A stretch of 64,000 bases of DNA from an uncultured Bacteroides sp. (GCA_949296855.1 CASFRN010000164.1:8127-72126); one strand, 5' to 3'; positions 1 through 10,455 are shown, counted from the stretch's first letter. The notes: generated by a model from the sequence alone, not told the origin. Made by a program: numbers and translations.

Positions 1-219
1 AACTGTGGTACGAATGTGATCACTCCGGGATTCTTGTGGCCGATTGAAGACTTGGTTCGCGATGCTGTAGGCCCTAACGGCGCTTGTATCGCGCGCATCA
101 ACGCTAACCGTGAAAACCCGCAAGTATATTACGACCATCCGTTCATCACCGGTACTTCGGTAGAGTCTTCTATCGCATACGGTGATATGATTGTAAAAGT
201 GTTGAACTCATTGAAGTAA
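1..219 (+). CDS. 3' end of a CDS that begins upstream of the window; product not recognised
   Basis: Frame 1 is open from base 1 (NCGTNVITPGF...) to the TAA at 217-219. The GTG at 16 in the ORF track is only the first in-window start-like codon. Confidence 0.5.
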   Translation, partial: NCGTNVITPGFLWPIEDLVRDAVGPNGACIARINANRENPQVYYDHPFITGTSVESSIAYGDMIVKVLNSLK

Positions 220-306
220 TGTAATTAATCAATTTACAATTTACGATTTACGATTGTCTTATATCGCAATTGTAAATTGTAAATTGTAAAAATAGTAAAT
301 AGAGCT

Positions 307-552
307 ATGCCTGCAATTATCATTCACAGCATCGAGATGACCGACGAACAAAAGAAAATAGTTGCCGAAAAGTTCGTCTCCACGTTTTCCGAAGTGAGCG
401 GCGTGCCCAAAGACCGTATTTATCTTTTCTTTAACGGATATGGCCTGAACGAAGCGGCTACAGGCGGAAAACTGTTTTCCGAGAATCCTCCTAAAAGTGC
501 GAAAGCGAAGTTTAACGAGAATGAGTGGGCGGATAAAGCCGGAGAGAAATAA
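307..552 (+). CDS. 4-oxalocrotonate tautomerase family protein
   Basis: Begins with ATG and reads MPAIIIHS. A Pro directly after Met followed by a beta-strand is typical of the tautomerase superfamily. Small size (81 aa). Confidence 0.7.
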   Translation: MPAIIIHSIEMTDEQKKIVAEKFVSTFSEVSGVPKDRIYLFFNGYGLNEAATGGKLFSENPPKSAKAKFNENEWADKAGEK

Positions 553-586
553 AAGTAAATCGATTAAATAATAAAGAGAAACGAAT

Positions 587-2245
587 ATGGATGTAAACCA
601 AACCATCGTAAAAGCGCTCGAAGATATCGGCGTGAATTATGTTTTTGGAGGAAGCGGGCAAGTAAATGCTTCTATGTTGCTGGCCTTGCGCGATTCAAAG
701 AAAATAAAGACCGTCATCATCCGTAATGAACAGGCGGCATCGTTCATGGCATGTGGCTATACCATGTTTAACCCGAATAACTTAGGTGTATGCTTTGCGA
801 CAGGAGGTCCGGGTGCGTTTAATCTATTCTCGGGTATGGCGGTTGCGTTGTCCGACTCGTTGCCTGTATTGGCTATCACCGGATATACGTCGATGAGCCA
901 GCGCGGGAAAGGAGCGTTGAACGAATCTACAGGCTTGAGCCGTACGCCGGATTCGCAAGTGATGTTTTCTGCTACAACGAAGAAATCATACATTTTAGAA
1001 CGTGCGGAAGATACTTGTGATATATTGGAAGATGCTATCAACACGGCATTCGACGGACGTCCGGGACCGGTGCATATCCATATCCCGAAGGATGTGACTA
1101 CGGCGGAAGTTACCAATTTCCGCCCGATAAAAATCAATGTGAAGCCGGTCAAGGCAGATGTGGAGGCTTTGCAAAAAGCGGCAGACGCACTGGCTGACGC
1201 AATCGGTAAGAATAAGAAAGTGCTGGCGATGATAGGCTACGGCTGCATCCGTAGTGAAGCGGCAGAAGAATTGCTTCAATTGGTGGAACGGTATCAGATT
1301 CCGTTTGTGCAGACCATGGACGCTAAAGGATTGTTGCCCGAAAATCATCCCTTGTGTTTAGGCATGTATGGCACATCGGGCGATAAGGCTGCCAATGCCT
1401 ATTTTGCCGATGCCGAAGTGGTGCTTGCTATGGGAAACTCGTTTGCCCAAAACGCTACCTTCTCGTTTCAACCGGATTTATATGCCGATAAACAACTGAT
1501 TCATATTAATATTGATCCGGCTGAAATAGGTAAAGTGTATAAAGCTGACGTAACGGTAGTAAGCGATGTCAAATTAGCGCTTCAAGCTATTTTGCCGATG
1601 TTGGAAATGAAGAATCTCCCCCCGTTGCAACTCAATGAATTGCCCGGAGGGCATTTTTACGAAGATGCCCCGCATACGGATGCCGGACGGATATTTCCGG
1701 GAGACATTGTCCGTATCTTGTCTCGCAACTTGCCTGATAATGCCATTGTAATGGGAGATGCCGGTTCGCATATGTTGTGGCTGAGCTGTTATTTGCAACT
1801 GAACAAGAACCAGCGTTATCAGAATCCGGGTAGTTTTGGGCCTATGGCGAGCCATACGAACGGATGCTTGGGTGTGAAATGCGCTAATCCGGATAAAGTG
1901 GTGATTGCCGGTGTGGGCGACGGATGTTATCAGATGGCGGGATTCGAGTTGATGACTGCGGTGCAATATAATATCCCTGTTATTTGGATTATATTCAACA
2001 ACAGCGAATTCAATATCATCAAGAAGTTCTTGTTGAATATGTACAATGACGAGGCGTATATGCAGTTCGACAATCCGGACTTTGTGAAGTATGCCGAAGC
2101 GTGCGGAGCTAAAGGCTACCGGGTAGAGAAGCTGGATGATTTCTTGCCTGCCCTGCAGGATGCCATTGCATCGAATAAGCCCTGCCTCATTGATGTATTG
2201 ATGGACAGCGAGGCTTATCCGCCTTTCAGCTTAGGGAAAGTGTAA
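587..2245 (+). CDS. Thiamine-pyrophosphate-dependent enzyme, acetolactate synthase large-subunit-like
   Basis: 552 aa with the three-domain ALS-like layout. N-terminal part reads YVFGGSGQVN...GPGAFNL. C-terminal TPP-binding motif reads GVGDGCYQM...NNSEFN. Confidence 0.85.
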   Translation: MDVNQTIVKALEDIGVNYVFGGSGQVNASMLLALRDSKKIKTVIIRNEQAASFMACGYTMFNPNNLGVCFATGGPGAFNLFSGMAVALSDSLPVLAITGYTSMSQRGKGALNESTGLSRTPDSQVMFSATTKKSYILERAEDTCDILEDAINTAFDGRPGPVHIHIPKDVTTAEVTNFRPIKINVKPVKADVEALQKAADALADAIGKNKKVLAMIGYGCIRSEAAEELLQLVERYQIPFVQTMDAKGLLPENHPLCLGMYGTSGDKAANAYFADAEVVLAMGNSFAQNATFSFQPDLYADKQLIHINIDPAEIGKVYKADVTVVSDVKLALQAILPMLEMKNLPPLQLNELPGGHFYEDAPHTDAGRIFPGDIVRILSRNLPDNAIVMGDAGSHMLWLSCYLQLNKNQRYQNPGSFGPMASHTNGCLGVKCANPDKVVIAGVGDGCYQMAGFELMTAVQYNIPVIWIIFNNSEFNIIKKFLLNMYNDEAYMQFDNPDFVKYAEACGAKGYRVEKLDDFLPALQDAIASNKPCLIDVLMDSEAYPPFSLGKV

Positions 2246-2314
2246 GAAAAATAGCCTGAGAATGCATTGCGGCTGGCTGGAACGCTTGGGGTGTACGACT
2301 GCTTTTGAGGTAAG

Positions 2315-2372
2315 GTTAATAATCTTCAGGCAGCAAAGTTAATAATCTTCAGGCAGCAAGGTTAATAATCTT
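2315..2372. repeat. 23-bp tandem direct repeat, about 2.5 copies (GTTAATAATCTTCAGGCAGCAA[A/G])
   Basis: Copies read directly at 2315-2337 and 2338-2360, with a partial third copy from 2361. Located in the intergenic region upstream of the 2486 gene. Confidence 0.9.
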
Positions 2373-2485
2373 ACAAATAGGCAGGTTGTATGATGCGGTT
2401 GACATATATACCGTTAAAGATGGTTTTTCATAAACATTGGAAAGGGTAAACAAAAAATCGTATATCGTAAATTGTAAAATTGCAG

Positions 2486-3697
2486 ATGAAGAGATTTTGG
2501 ATAGCAGGATTGTTATGCGGATGTGCTTTTTATGCGAACGCTCAAAAGATAACATTCGACGTGGGCAGGGATTCGACATTCAATGCCGCGGAGGATTATG
2601 CGCAAACCAGTGAAGGGTTTGACGTGGATATTACCAAGGTGAATGTGATAAACTTGGGGTCGCAGATTGCACAGGATGTCGCTGTGGCAAGTGCCAATAG
2701 CGGCGAGGTGAAATCGGCGCTCGCAAATTCTTCTTATTACAGGCAGCGTGTGGACCTGATGCTTTCGTCGGCTTTGCCTGAACGTACGAATGTTTATGCT
2801 ACCATTTCTTTTCTGAACGATAACTCAGGTTCCGCATCGGCGATGGTGACTGTAACCAACTTGGAAATAGAGCATTTTTTCCGGAGGAACTTTAAGTTCC
2901 GTTTAGGGCGTTTGGCAAATTCTGTGTCCGAATCGCAGTTTTTCGGCAGGATGGCTTTAGAGGAATCTTCGGCGCACGTGTTTGGCAGGAAATTGTTTAT
3001 CAATGACGCATTGGAGTTTGACGGGAGTTTCAAGAAGAGGGGAGGGCCTTCGTTTTTTGTGGGACTGAAACCGCAGTTCAAGCCTTTTAACTTGAAAGGT
3101 GTATATGCAGGCATCCACCAGGATTTCAAGAACGGGATGCAACTGCATGGCATCGTTTCGCTCAACCGGCAATTTGAAGCGGATATGACAACGTATATTC
3201 CGGACTTTAGGGGTAAGGACGCCTATTTCTCGTACGAGGCGGAGGTGGCATATAAGCGGACGGGAGGAACCGTCTTCCTGAATGTAGGAGGCAATGTGGG
3301 CTATACGGGGTTGATACCCCATGCAAGCGGCCGTTTTGATTACATCAATCAGGTGCTGCCGGTTGTCATGCGGAAAGGGGATTCGTTTAAGGAAACGTTC
3401 ACTCCGGCAGCCGGCTTTCGCATCTATCCGTCTCGGTTGGCCTCTTCCTTGAAATGGCTGCCGCAGGCCGGATTGGAAGCTGAAGTGCAGGGAGCTTTGA
3501 CAGACCGCTTTACGGCTTTGAACGTGTGTGCATATTGTAAATTGAGTATCACCCGGCGGATGGTATTGACTTATTATTGCACGCCTCAGTTCATTTGGCA
3601 GGATTTCAATGCGGACAAGCCTTCCTATATAGGCGGTGTGGTGAATTACTTGCGTTTGAGTGTGACCGTAGGGAAGCCTGCGCGTATGTTCCTGTAA
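2486..3697 (+). CDS. Exported protein, probable outer-membrane beta-barrel, function unknown
   Basis: The ATG at 2486 gives MKRFWIAGLLCGCAFYANAQ, a signal peptide; the track start at 2480 is TTG. Hydrophobic residues alternate throughout and the C-terminus is aromatic/hydrophobic. Confidence 0.6.
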   Translation: MKRFWIAGLLCGCAFYANAQKITFDVGRDSTFNAAEDYAQTSEGFDVDITKVNVINLGSQIAQDVAVASANSGEVKSALANSSYYRQRVDLMLSSALPERTNVYATISFLNDNSGSASAMVTVTNLEIEHFFRRNFKFRLGRLANSVSESQFFGRMALEESSAHVFGRKLFINDALEFDGSFKKRGGPSFFVGLKPQFKPFNLKGVYAGIHQDFKNGMQLHGIVSLNRQFEADMTTYIPDFRGKDAYFSYEAEVAYKRTGGTVFLNVGGNVGYTGLIPHASGRFDYINQVLPVVMRKGDSFKETFTPAAGFRIYPSRLASSLKWLPQAGLEAEVQGALTDRFTALNVCAYCKLSITRRMVLTYYCTPQFIWQDFNADKPSYIGGVVNYLRLSVTVGKPARMFL

Positions 3698-3713
3698 TGA
3701 AAGGTATAAAAGG

Positions 3714-4907
3714 ATGGAAGAAGAAAAGAAATATTCGAAAATGTTGATACCGTCTATCTTGTCGGTATCTGTACTTACTATCATGGCTCCCACAGCGGTG
3801 TCTCCGGCTTTGGCTGCCATACGGGATGCGTTCCCGCACATTTCGGAGACACAGGCTAAATTGGTATTGACTTTGCCTACGCTGGTGATGATGCCGGTAG
3901 GGCTGTATTCGGCGCGCCTTACCGCAAGGATTGACAAGAAAAAACTGTTGCTTACGGGCATGACGCTTTTTCTGATATTCGGAGTTGCGGGCGGGTTTGT
4001 AAACGATTTCCGGTTGCTGCTGTTGATGCGGTTGCTTTTTGGGGTAGGCTTAGGGATCATGACTCCTTTGTCTACTTCGCTTATTTTCGATTTTGCTCCG
4101 GATACCAACAAGCGCAGCAAGCTTTTAGGCATACAAGGCTCGTTCAACCAATTGGGCGGCCTGCTTTTCATGAGTTTGTCGGGGGTGTTGGCAAGCGTTT
4201 CGTGGCGGTATTCTTTTTTGTGTTATGCTTTTGTGGTGATATCGATTGTGCTTACCGCACTGTTCATGCCTTCCATTCCGCCGATGGCTCCGAAAAAGGC
4301 AGGTGTCGGCGCGAAGAAGCCGAAAATGAACAAGAAGATATTCGTTTTAGCGTTTTTCGCTATGATGATATTCGCTTGTTATTTTGTGATAAATACTGAC
4401 TTGGCATTGTTTATGGACGTGGAAGGCATCGGCGACGCAAAGGAGTGCGGGTATGCCCTTTCGTTGATGCGTATTCCTGCTATTATCGCAGGTGTCTTGT
4501 TGGCTTGGATTATGCGGAACCTGAAGGATTGGACCATGCCTTTTGCCACGGTGATTATGGCGGCAGGGTATGTTATCATCGCCTGTTCCGGTTCGTATGG
4601 GGTGCTGATGGCGGGATGTCTGGTCGTCGGTTTAGGCGGCGGCTTCGCTTTGCCTCCCATCTCCCTCTTTTTGCCTCGTATTGTCACTCCGCGCCAGCGG
4701 ACATTGGGTGTGGCTATCATCATGTCTGTAGCTCAGGTGGGTCAGTTCGTGTCTCCGCTTTATACAGACTTGTTTGTAGATAATTCGGCAGACGGCTCCG
4801 GCAGGATGCGTTTCATCGTGTGTGCGGTTACTTCTGTAATCATAGGGCTTTTGGTGGCGGCGTTTGCTTATACGCTGCCGAAGAAACCGCTGGAGAATGA
4901 CGCATGA
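3714..4907 (+). CDS. MFS transporter
   Basis: 397 aa with about 12 hydrophobic segments. An MFS-like loop motif (LMRLLFGVGLG) is present. Confidence 0.8.
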   Translation: MEEEKKYSKMLIPSILSVSVLTIMAPTAVSPALAAIRDAFPHISETQAKLVLTLPTLVMMPVGLYSARLTARIDKKKLLLTGMTLFLIFGVAGGFVNDFRLLLLMRLLFGVGLGIMTPLSTSLIFDFAPDTNKRSKLLGIQGSFNQLGGLLFMSLSGVLASVSWRYSFLCYAFVVISIVLTALFMPSIPPMAPKKAGVGAKKPKMNKKIFVLAFFAMMIFACYFVINTDLALFMDVEGIGDAKECGYALSLMRIPAIIAGVLLAWIMRNLKDWTMPFATVIMAAGYVIIACSGSYGVLMAGCLVVGLGGGFALPPISLFLPRIVTPRQRTLGVAIIMSVAQVGQFVSPLYTDLFVDNSADGSGRMRFIVCAVTSVIIGLLVAAFAYTLPKKPLENDA

Positions 4908-4949
4908 CCCGGTTAGTTGAAGTGAAAAATATTAGAATAAAGATAAGAT

Positions 4950-6116
4950 ATGGCTATAAAGATTTTAAGTGTAGACGATGAACAGGACCTGGAAATATTG
5001 CTTACCCAGTATTTCCGGCGGAAAATCCGCAAGGGGGAATACGAGTTCACCTTTGCGCATAACGGTTTGGAAGCTCTGCAATTGGTATTAGAGAAAAAGG
5101 ATTTCGACATCATCTTGAGTGATATCAATATGCCCGAGATGGACGGACTGACCTTGTTGACGCGTATCAACGAGATGAGGAATCCGGCATTGAAATGCAT
5201 CATGGTGTCGGCATACGGCGATATGGACAACATCCGTTCGGCGATGAATAACGGTGCATTCGACTTCGCTACCAAGCCCATTGATTTGGACGACCTGTCG
5301 CGTACGATAGAGAAGGCGATTGAACAGATTGATTTTGTCAGGGCTTCGCAGTGTGAGCACGACCAGTTGGAGTCTATCAAGAACGATTTGGCGGTAGCGG
5401 GAGAAATCCAGCAGGCTATCCTGCCGCGTAAATTCCCGCCTTTTCCCAAGTTGGCTGACGTGGTAGACATTTATGCGTCCATGACTCCGGCCAAAGACGT
5501 GGGAGGGGATTTCTATGACTTTTTCCGGATAGACGAAGACCGTATCGGATTCGTGATAGCTGATGTCTCGGGCAAAGGGGTTCCGGCATCGTTGTTTATG
5601 GCGGTAAGCCGTACGTTAATCCGGGCGACAGGAGTTAGAGGAGTGCCTTCGCACGAATGCATCAATTCGGTAAATAAGCTGTTGTGCAACGAAAGCCTGG
5701 ATTCCATGTTCGTGACGGTATTTTATGGCATTTACAATATCAAAACCGGTGAAGTGGATTATACGAATGCGGGTCATAATCCTCCTTATTTGTTGCGGAG
5801 GAATAATACGGTAGAGCCTTTGCCGCTTTCCAAGAATTTCATCGTAGGCGTGTTCGATGACTTTGTCTATACGAATTCGAGTTTGGTCTTGGAGCCGGGA
5901 GACGCATTGATTCTTTATACCGACGGCGTGACGGAGGCTTTTAACGAGAACAGGGAAATGTTTTCGGAAAGCGGGTTGGAGAAGACCTTGAAGAGTGTCC
6001 CTGGCGCCGGCAGCGAAGAAATCTCAGAGGCTATATTAGAGGATTTGAAGGATTTTGTCGGTGAGGAGCCTCAAAGCGATGACATCACGATGTTGGTGTT
6101 GAAGCGGCTGAAATAA
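4950..6116 (+). CDS. Response-regulator receiver domain fused to a PP2C/SpoIIE-type serine phosphatase (RsbU-like)
   Basis: Receiver motifs ILSVDDE, DIILSDINMPEMDG and ATKP. PP2C part has GGDFYDFF, IADVSGKG and TDGVTEA...SDDITML. Confidence 0.9.
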   Translation: MAIKILSVDDEQDLEILLTQYFRRKIRKGEYEFTFAHNGLEALQLVLEKKDFDIILSDINMPEMDGLTLLTRINEMRNPALKCIMVSAYGDMDNIRSAMNNGAFDFATKPIDLDDLSRTIEKAIEQIDFVRASQCEHDQLESIKNDLAVAGEIQQAILPRKFPPFPKLADVVDIYASMTPAKDVGGDFYDFFRIDEDRIGFVIADVSGKGVPASLFMAVSRTLIRATGVRGVPSHECINSVNKLLCNESLDSMFVTVFYGIYNIKTGEVDYTNAGHNPPYLLRRNNTVEPLPLSKNFIVGVFDDFVYTNSSLVLEPGDALILYTDGVTEAFNENREMFSESGLEKTLKSVPGAGSEEISEAILEDLKDFVGEEPQSDDITMLVLKRLK

Positions 6117-6146
6117 TATATGTAGTACAAAATAAAACCTTTTTTT

Positions 6147-8003
6147 ATGAAAGACAATTTTAACGTGTTCAAACCTGCTGATAAGATGCAGTTTGAATTT
6201 ACAGATCTGATTGCCGGATATGTAAGCGATTTTAACGAGAACGGAAAATGTTTTACGTTGACGACAACTGACGGACGCACTTTCCCTGTATTATTGACAG
6301 ATACGACTTTTGCCCGTCTGATGCGCAATTTGGACGAACCTTATCAGGATGCGACTGGAAATATGTATCAGCTCTTGGCCCAAAACGGACGTATGGCTTT
6401 CGTTTTCGGCATTTTCTATCCGCAACACGACGGCGGTTATACATTTGAAGCGAAACAGATTGATTTCCCTGAAAGAGAATTGGGCAAGTTCCGTTTCGAA
6501 GAATCAAACTGGTGGGCGAACCAGGCGAAGAGTATTTGTAATTTCTTTGTCCGCGCGCAGTTCGGAGACGGCGAGATAGATTATGAGAAGTACCGTACGG
6601 CGGTCAGCTTGGGAGGCAAGCGGGAAGTGAACTCTTTCCGTCAGGAAACAGATACCATTTCACGTATGATTTACGGTATGGCTTCCGCCTTTATGCTGAC
6701 GGGAGAAGACATTTTCTTGGAAACGGCAGAAAAAGGTGTGGAATACCTGAAGAAACACATGCGTTTCTACGATGTGGACGAGAATGTGGTTTATTGGTAT
6801 CATGGCATTGACATTGATGGGGATAAGGAGAAGAAAATCTTTACTTCCGAGTTCGGGGATGACTACGATGCTATTCCGATGTACGAACAGATTTACGCAT
6901 TGGCAGGCCCGATTCAGACTTATCGCGTGAACGGTGACCCTTCCATTTTGCGTGACGCCGAATTGACCATTGACTTGTTCGAACGTTTCTTCAAGGACAA
7001 TAAAGGCGAAGGGTACTACTCGCATATCGACCCGGTATTGTTGAGTCCGGATAGCCCGAGCCTTGGCCCGAACCGGATGCGTAAGAACTGGAATTCTGTA
7101 GGCGACCATGCTCCTGCTTATTTGATTAACTTGTATCTGGCTACGGAAGAAAAGAAATATAAGGATTTTCTGGAATATACAGCCGATACGATTACCGCAC
7201 ATTTTCCTGATTATGAAAACAGCCCGTTCGTGAACGAACGTTTTATGGATGACTGGAGCCATGATTTGACATGGGGCTGGCAACAAGACCGTGCGGTAGT
7301 GGGGCACAATTTGAAGATTGCATGGAACCTGATGCGTATCAATAGCATTTGCCCGAAGCAGTCGTATGAAGAATTTGCCCAGCATATCGCCGAAGTTATG
7401 CCTCAAGTAGGTTTGGACGTGCAGCGTGGCGGTTGGTATGATGTAATGGAACGCCGCTTGCATGGCAATCAAGAATATTATCGTTTTGCATGGCACGACC
7501 GTAAGGCATGGTGGCAGCAAGAACAGGCTATTCTGGCATACGAAATCTTGTATGGTATTTATGGTAAGGAAGAATACCTGAAGTACGCCCGTGAATCGGC
7601 GGCGTTCTATAACACTTATTTCCTGGATCATGAAGACGGAGCTGTTTATTTCAATGTATTGGCCAATGGTCTGCCTTACCTGTTGGGTACGGAGCGTAAG
7701 AAAGGAAGCCACTCGATGAGCGCATACCATTCGGTAGAGTTGGCTTATCTGGCTGCTACTTACACGAACTTAATGAATACCAAGAAACCGCTTACTTTGT
7801 ACTTCAAGCCTCAAGTAAACGGCTTTAAAGACAATGTCTTGCGTGTTCAGCCGGATATCCTGCCTGTAGGTAGTGTGAAATTGGCTCAGGTATGGATTGA
7901 CGGTAAGGAATGGACGAAGTTCGACGCAGATAAGCTGACCGTTCAATTGCCGGCAGTAGATTATCGTCCGAAAGTGAAAGTTGTCATTGTTCCTAAAGAT
8001 TGA
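6147..8003 (+). CDS. N-acylglucosamine 2-epimerase (AGE) superfamily protein with an extra domain of about 150 aa at the N-terminus
   Basis: From about aa 170 the sequence shows an alpha/alpha-barrel-like repeat pattern (SRMIYGMASAF..., VGHNLKIAWNL, WWQQEQAILAY). The family call is by pattern only. Confidence 0.6.
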   Translation: MKDNFNVFKPADKMQFEFTDLIAGYVSDFNENGKCFTLTTTDGRTFPVLLTDTTFARLMRNLDEPYQDATGNMYQLLAQNGRMAFVFGIFYPQHDGGYTFEAKQIDFPERELGKFRFEESNWWANQAKSICNFFVRAQFGDGEIDYEKYRTAVSLGGKREVNSFRQETDTISRMIYGMASAFMLTGEDIFLETAEKGVEYLKKHMRFYDVDENVVYWYHGIDIDGDKEKKIFTSEFGDDYDAIPMYEQIYALAGPIQTYRVNGDPSILRDAELTIDLFERFFKDNKGEGYYSHIDPVLLSPDSPSLGPNRMRKNWNSVGDHAPAYLINLYLATEEKKYKDFLEYTADTITAHFPDYENSPFVNERFMDDWSHDLTWGWQQDRAVVGHNLKIAWNLMRINSICPKQSYEEFAQHIAEVMPQVGLDVQRGGWYDVMERRLHGNQEYYRFAWHDRKAWWQQEQAILAYEILYGIYGKEEYLKYARESAAFYNTYFLDHEDGAVYFNVLANGLPYLLGTERKKGSHSMSAYHSVELAYLAATYTNLMNTKKPLTLYFKPQVNGFKDNVLRVQPDILPVGSVKLAQVWIDGKEWTKFDADKLTVQLPAVDYRPKVKVVIVPKD

Positions 8004-8008
8004 AGATT

Positions 8009-8317
8009 ATGAGTGCAGAGGTTCATAAAGTAGGCTCTGTGTTGGATGCATCGTCCAGCAAAGAGGAACAACAAGCCATATTGTCCATTTTAGATGATGA
8101 CAAAAGCGTGATTTTGGATTTGTCTGAATGCAGCTATGTGTCAAGTGCCGGATTGCGTGTCATGCTTTATGCTTATAAGGTTGCGGCATCTAATGGCTTG
8201 AGTGTATATTTGGTAGGAGTGTCTAAAGAAGTGAGAGAGGTGATGAGCATCACTGGTTTTGAACACTTCTTTAAGTACTTCGATACGGTGGAAGATTGTC
8301 AAAATCAAATTGGTTGA
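8009..8317 (+). CDS. STAS-domain protein (anti-sigma-factor-antagonist family)
   Basis: DLSECSYVSSAGLRVML matches the SpoIIAA/RsbV phospho-serine loop; the Ser-Ser codons are at 8141-8146. The ATG at 8009 is preferred over the TTG at 8000, which overlaps the upstream stop. Confidence 0.85.
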   Translation: MSAEVHKVGSVLDASSSKEEQQAILSILDDDKSVILDLSECSYVSSAGLRVMLYAYKVAASNGLSVYLVGVSKEVREVMSITGFEHFFKYFDTVEDCQNQIG

Positions 8318-8319
8318 GT

Positions 8320-10455
8320 ATGCAACGGGTAGATTTATTTCCGACGCATGAGTATAAAGGGTTAAAGTTGCGCACAGGGCGCCCTTATCCTTTTGGAGCT
8401 ACCGTAATGGGGAATGCCGTGAATTTCTCGGTATATTCCCGTTATGCCACAGCCTGCACGTTGGTTCTTTTCCATAATCACGAGCCGGAACCGTTCGTGG
8501 AGATACCTTTCCAGAAGGAGTTCAAGATGGGGAATGTATTCTCGATGATGGTTTTCGATTTGGATTTCGAGAATATCGAATATGGTTATCGGATGGACGG
8601 TCCGTGGAATCCGAAAGAAGGCCATCGCTTTGATAAGACGAAGATTCTGATGGACCCGTACGCCAAGCTGATTGCGGGACGCGATGTGTGGGGAGCACAG
8701 CCGGACTGGAATAATGCGTATCAATACCGTGCCCGTGTGGTTTGCGACGATTTCGATTGGGAGGATGACCTTCCGTTGGAGACTCCGGTAAATGAACTGG
8801 TCATTTACGAAATGCACGTCCGTAACTTTACGTGTGGCGCGAATGCCAACGTAAAGCATCCCGGTACATTTGCGGGTATTGTCGAAAAGATTCCATATTT
8901 AAAGGAACTGGGCGTGAACTGTGTGGAGCTTATGCCAATCCATGAATTTGACGAGTTCGAGAACAGCAAGCCTTCTCCGGTCGACGGGCACATGCTTTAT
9001 AACGTGTGGGGGTATAGCAATGTGGGGTTCTTCGCTCCGAAAGCGGCATACGCTTCTACAGGACGTTTCGGTATGCAGGTGGACGAGTTGAAAAACCTCA
9101 TCAAGCAGCTTCATGCCAACGGCATTGAAGTGATACTGGATGTGGTGTTCAACCATACGGCGGAAGGAAACGAAAACGGTCCTTACATCTCGTACCGGGG
9201 CATTGACAACAAGACTTATTACATGCTGACTCCCGACGGTTATTATTTTAACTTCAGCGGTTGCGGCAATACCTTGAATTGTAATAACCCGAACGTGAGG
9301 GACATGATTGTGGAAAGCTTGCGTTATTGGGTGACCGATTATCACGTGGACGGATTCCGCTTCGATTTGGCGGCTATCTTAGGGCGTGACCAGAACGGAT
9401 ATCCGATGCCGAACCCGCCTTTGTTGGAATCGTTGGCTCATGACCCCATTTTAGGCAAGACCAAACTGATTGCCGAAGCATGGGATGCCGGAGGCCTGTA
9501 TCAGGTAGGCGCGTTCCCTTCATGGGGACGCTGGGCGGAATGGAACGGGAAGTACCGTGACAGCATCCGCCGGTTCTTGAAAGGTGACGAGCATGTGTTG
9601 GCTGACGTGAAAGAACGTATCGCGGGCTCTGCCGATTTGTACGCTTCTCAAAACCGGGGCATCAAGGCGAGCGTGAACTTCATTACTGCTCACGATGGCT
9701 TTACGCTGATGGACCTTGTGTCGTATAACGGCAAGCACAATGAGGCGAACGGCGAGGACAACCGGGACGGAGAAGACAATAACAATAGCTGGAATTGCGG
9801 TTGGGAAGGAGAATGTGACGACAAGGGCATCAATTTCTTGCGCCACAAACAGATAAAGAATGCGATTTCCTTGTTGATGGTAAGCCAAGGCATTCCGATG
9901 ATATTGTCGGGAGACGAAATGGGGAATACCCAGTACGGTAATAACAACGCTTATTGTCAGGACAATGAAATCGGGTGGCTCGACTGGACGAATCTGCAGA
10001 AGAACGGAGACTTGTATAATTACTTCCGCAAGATAATCCGTTTCCGCCAGGCGCATAAAGCATTGCGTTTCGAATACCATTTCGGGCATTGCGATTATCG
10101 TAACTTGGGATATCCCGATTTTTCATGGCATGGCGTGAAGGCATGGCGTCCGGATACCGGATATAATAATCTGACTGCAGCCTTTATGCTGAACGGATGT
10201 TATGCCGAAACAGACGGTGTGCCTGATGACTTCATCTATGTCGCCATGAATATGCACTGGGATATGCATGGGTTCGAACTTCCCGGGTTGCCCGAAGGGA
10301 TGGCTTGGCATGTATTTGCCAATACCGAAATGGCTGCTCCCGATGATATTTGTGAACCAGGAAAAGAATGTTTGCTCGATAACCAGAATGAAATTTTGGT
10401 AGGGCCTCGTTCTGTCATGATTTTAGTCGGGAAACAAGCGGCGGATAAAGAGTGA
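8320..10455 (+). CDS. glgX: Glycogen debranching enzyme / isoamylase (GH13, GlgX-type)
   Basis: GH13 conserved regions are present: DVVFNHT, GFRFDLA, AEAWD, FITAHDGFTL. The ATG at 8320 lies 3 nt after the STAS stop; the track start at 8296 is TTG. Confidence 0.9.
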   Translation: MQRVDLFPTHEYKGLKLRTGRPYPFGATVMGNAVNFSVYSRYATACTLVLFHNHEPEPFVEIPFQKEFKMGNVFSMMVFDLDFENIEYGYRMDGPWNPKEGHRFDKTKILMDPYAKLIAGRDVWGAQPDWNNAYQYRARVVCDDFDWEDDLPLETPVNELVIYEMHVRNFTCGANANVKHPGTFAGIVEKIPYLKELGVNCVELMPIHEFDEFENSKPSPVDGHMLYNVWGYSNVGFFAPKAAYASTGRFGMQVDELKNLIKQLHANGIEVILDVVFNHTAEGNENGPYISYRGIDNKTYYMLTPDGYYFNFSGCGNTLNCNNPNVRDMIVESLRYWVTDYHVDGFRFDLAAILGRDQNGYPMPNPPLLESLAHDPILGKTKLIAEAWDAGGLYQVGAFPSWGRWAEWNGKYRDSIRRFLKGDEHVLADVKERIAGSADLYASQNRGIKASVNFITAHDGFTLMDLVSYNGKHNEANGEDNRDGEDNNNSWNCGWEGECDDKGINFLRHKQIKNAISLLMVSQGIPMILSGDEMGNTQYGNNNAYCQDNEIGWLDWTNLQKNGDLYNYFRKIIRFRQAHKALRFEYHFGHCDYRNLGYPDFSWHGVKAWRPDTGYNNLTAAFMLNGCYAETDGVPDDFIYVAMNMHWDMHGFELPGLPEGMAWHVFANTEMAAPDDICEPGKECLLDNQNEILVGPRSVMILVGKQAADKE

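Noticed and set aside
259-606. 115-aa minus-strand ORF overlapping the tautomerase gene
   Set aside because: It overlaps a better-supported plus-strand gene and starts inside the AT-rich heptamer repeat. No motif is present.
2250-2310. Possible TPP riboswitch downstream of the TPP-dependent enzyme (CTGAGA and GGGGTG strings)
   Set aside because: The two strings are in the wrong order and spacing for the THI-box fold, no pairing partners were found, and the location is 3' of the gene.
2957-4171. 404-aa minus-strand ORF spanning the outer-membrane protein and MFS genes
   Set aside because: It is antisense to two well-supported plus-strand genes. The translation is Arg/Pro/Ser-rich and low in complexity, with no recognisable motif. 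This is typical of a shadow ORF.
6660-7730. 356-aa minus-strand ORF inside the AGE-like gene
   Set aside because: It is antisense to a motif-supported CDS and has no motifs or signal of its own. The same reasoning applies to 8362-8859, 8899-9345 and 9520-10089 inside glgX.
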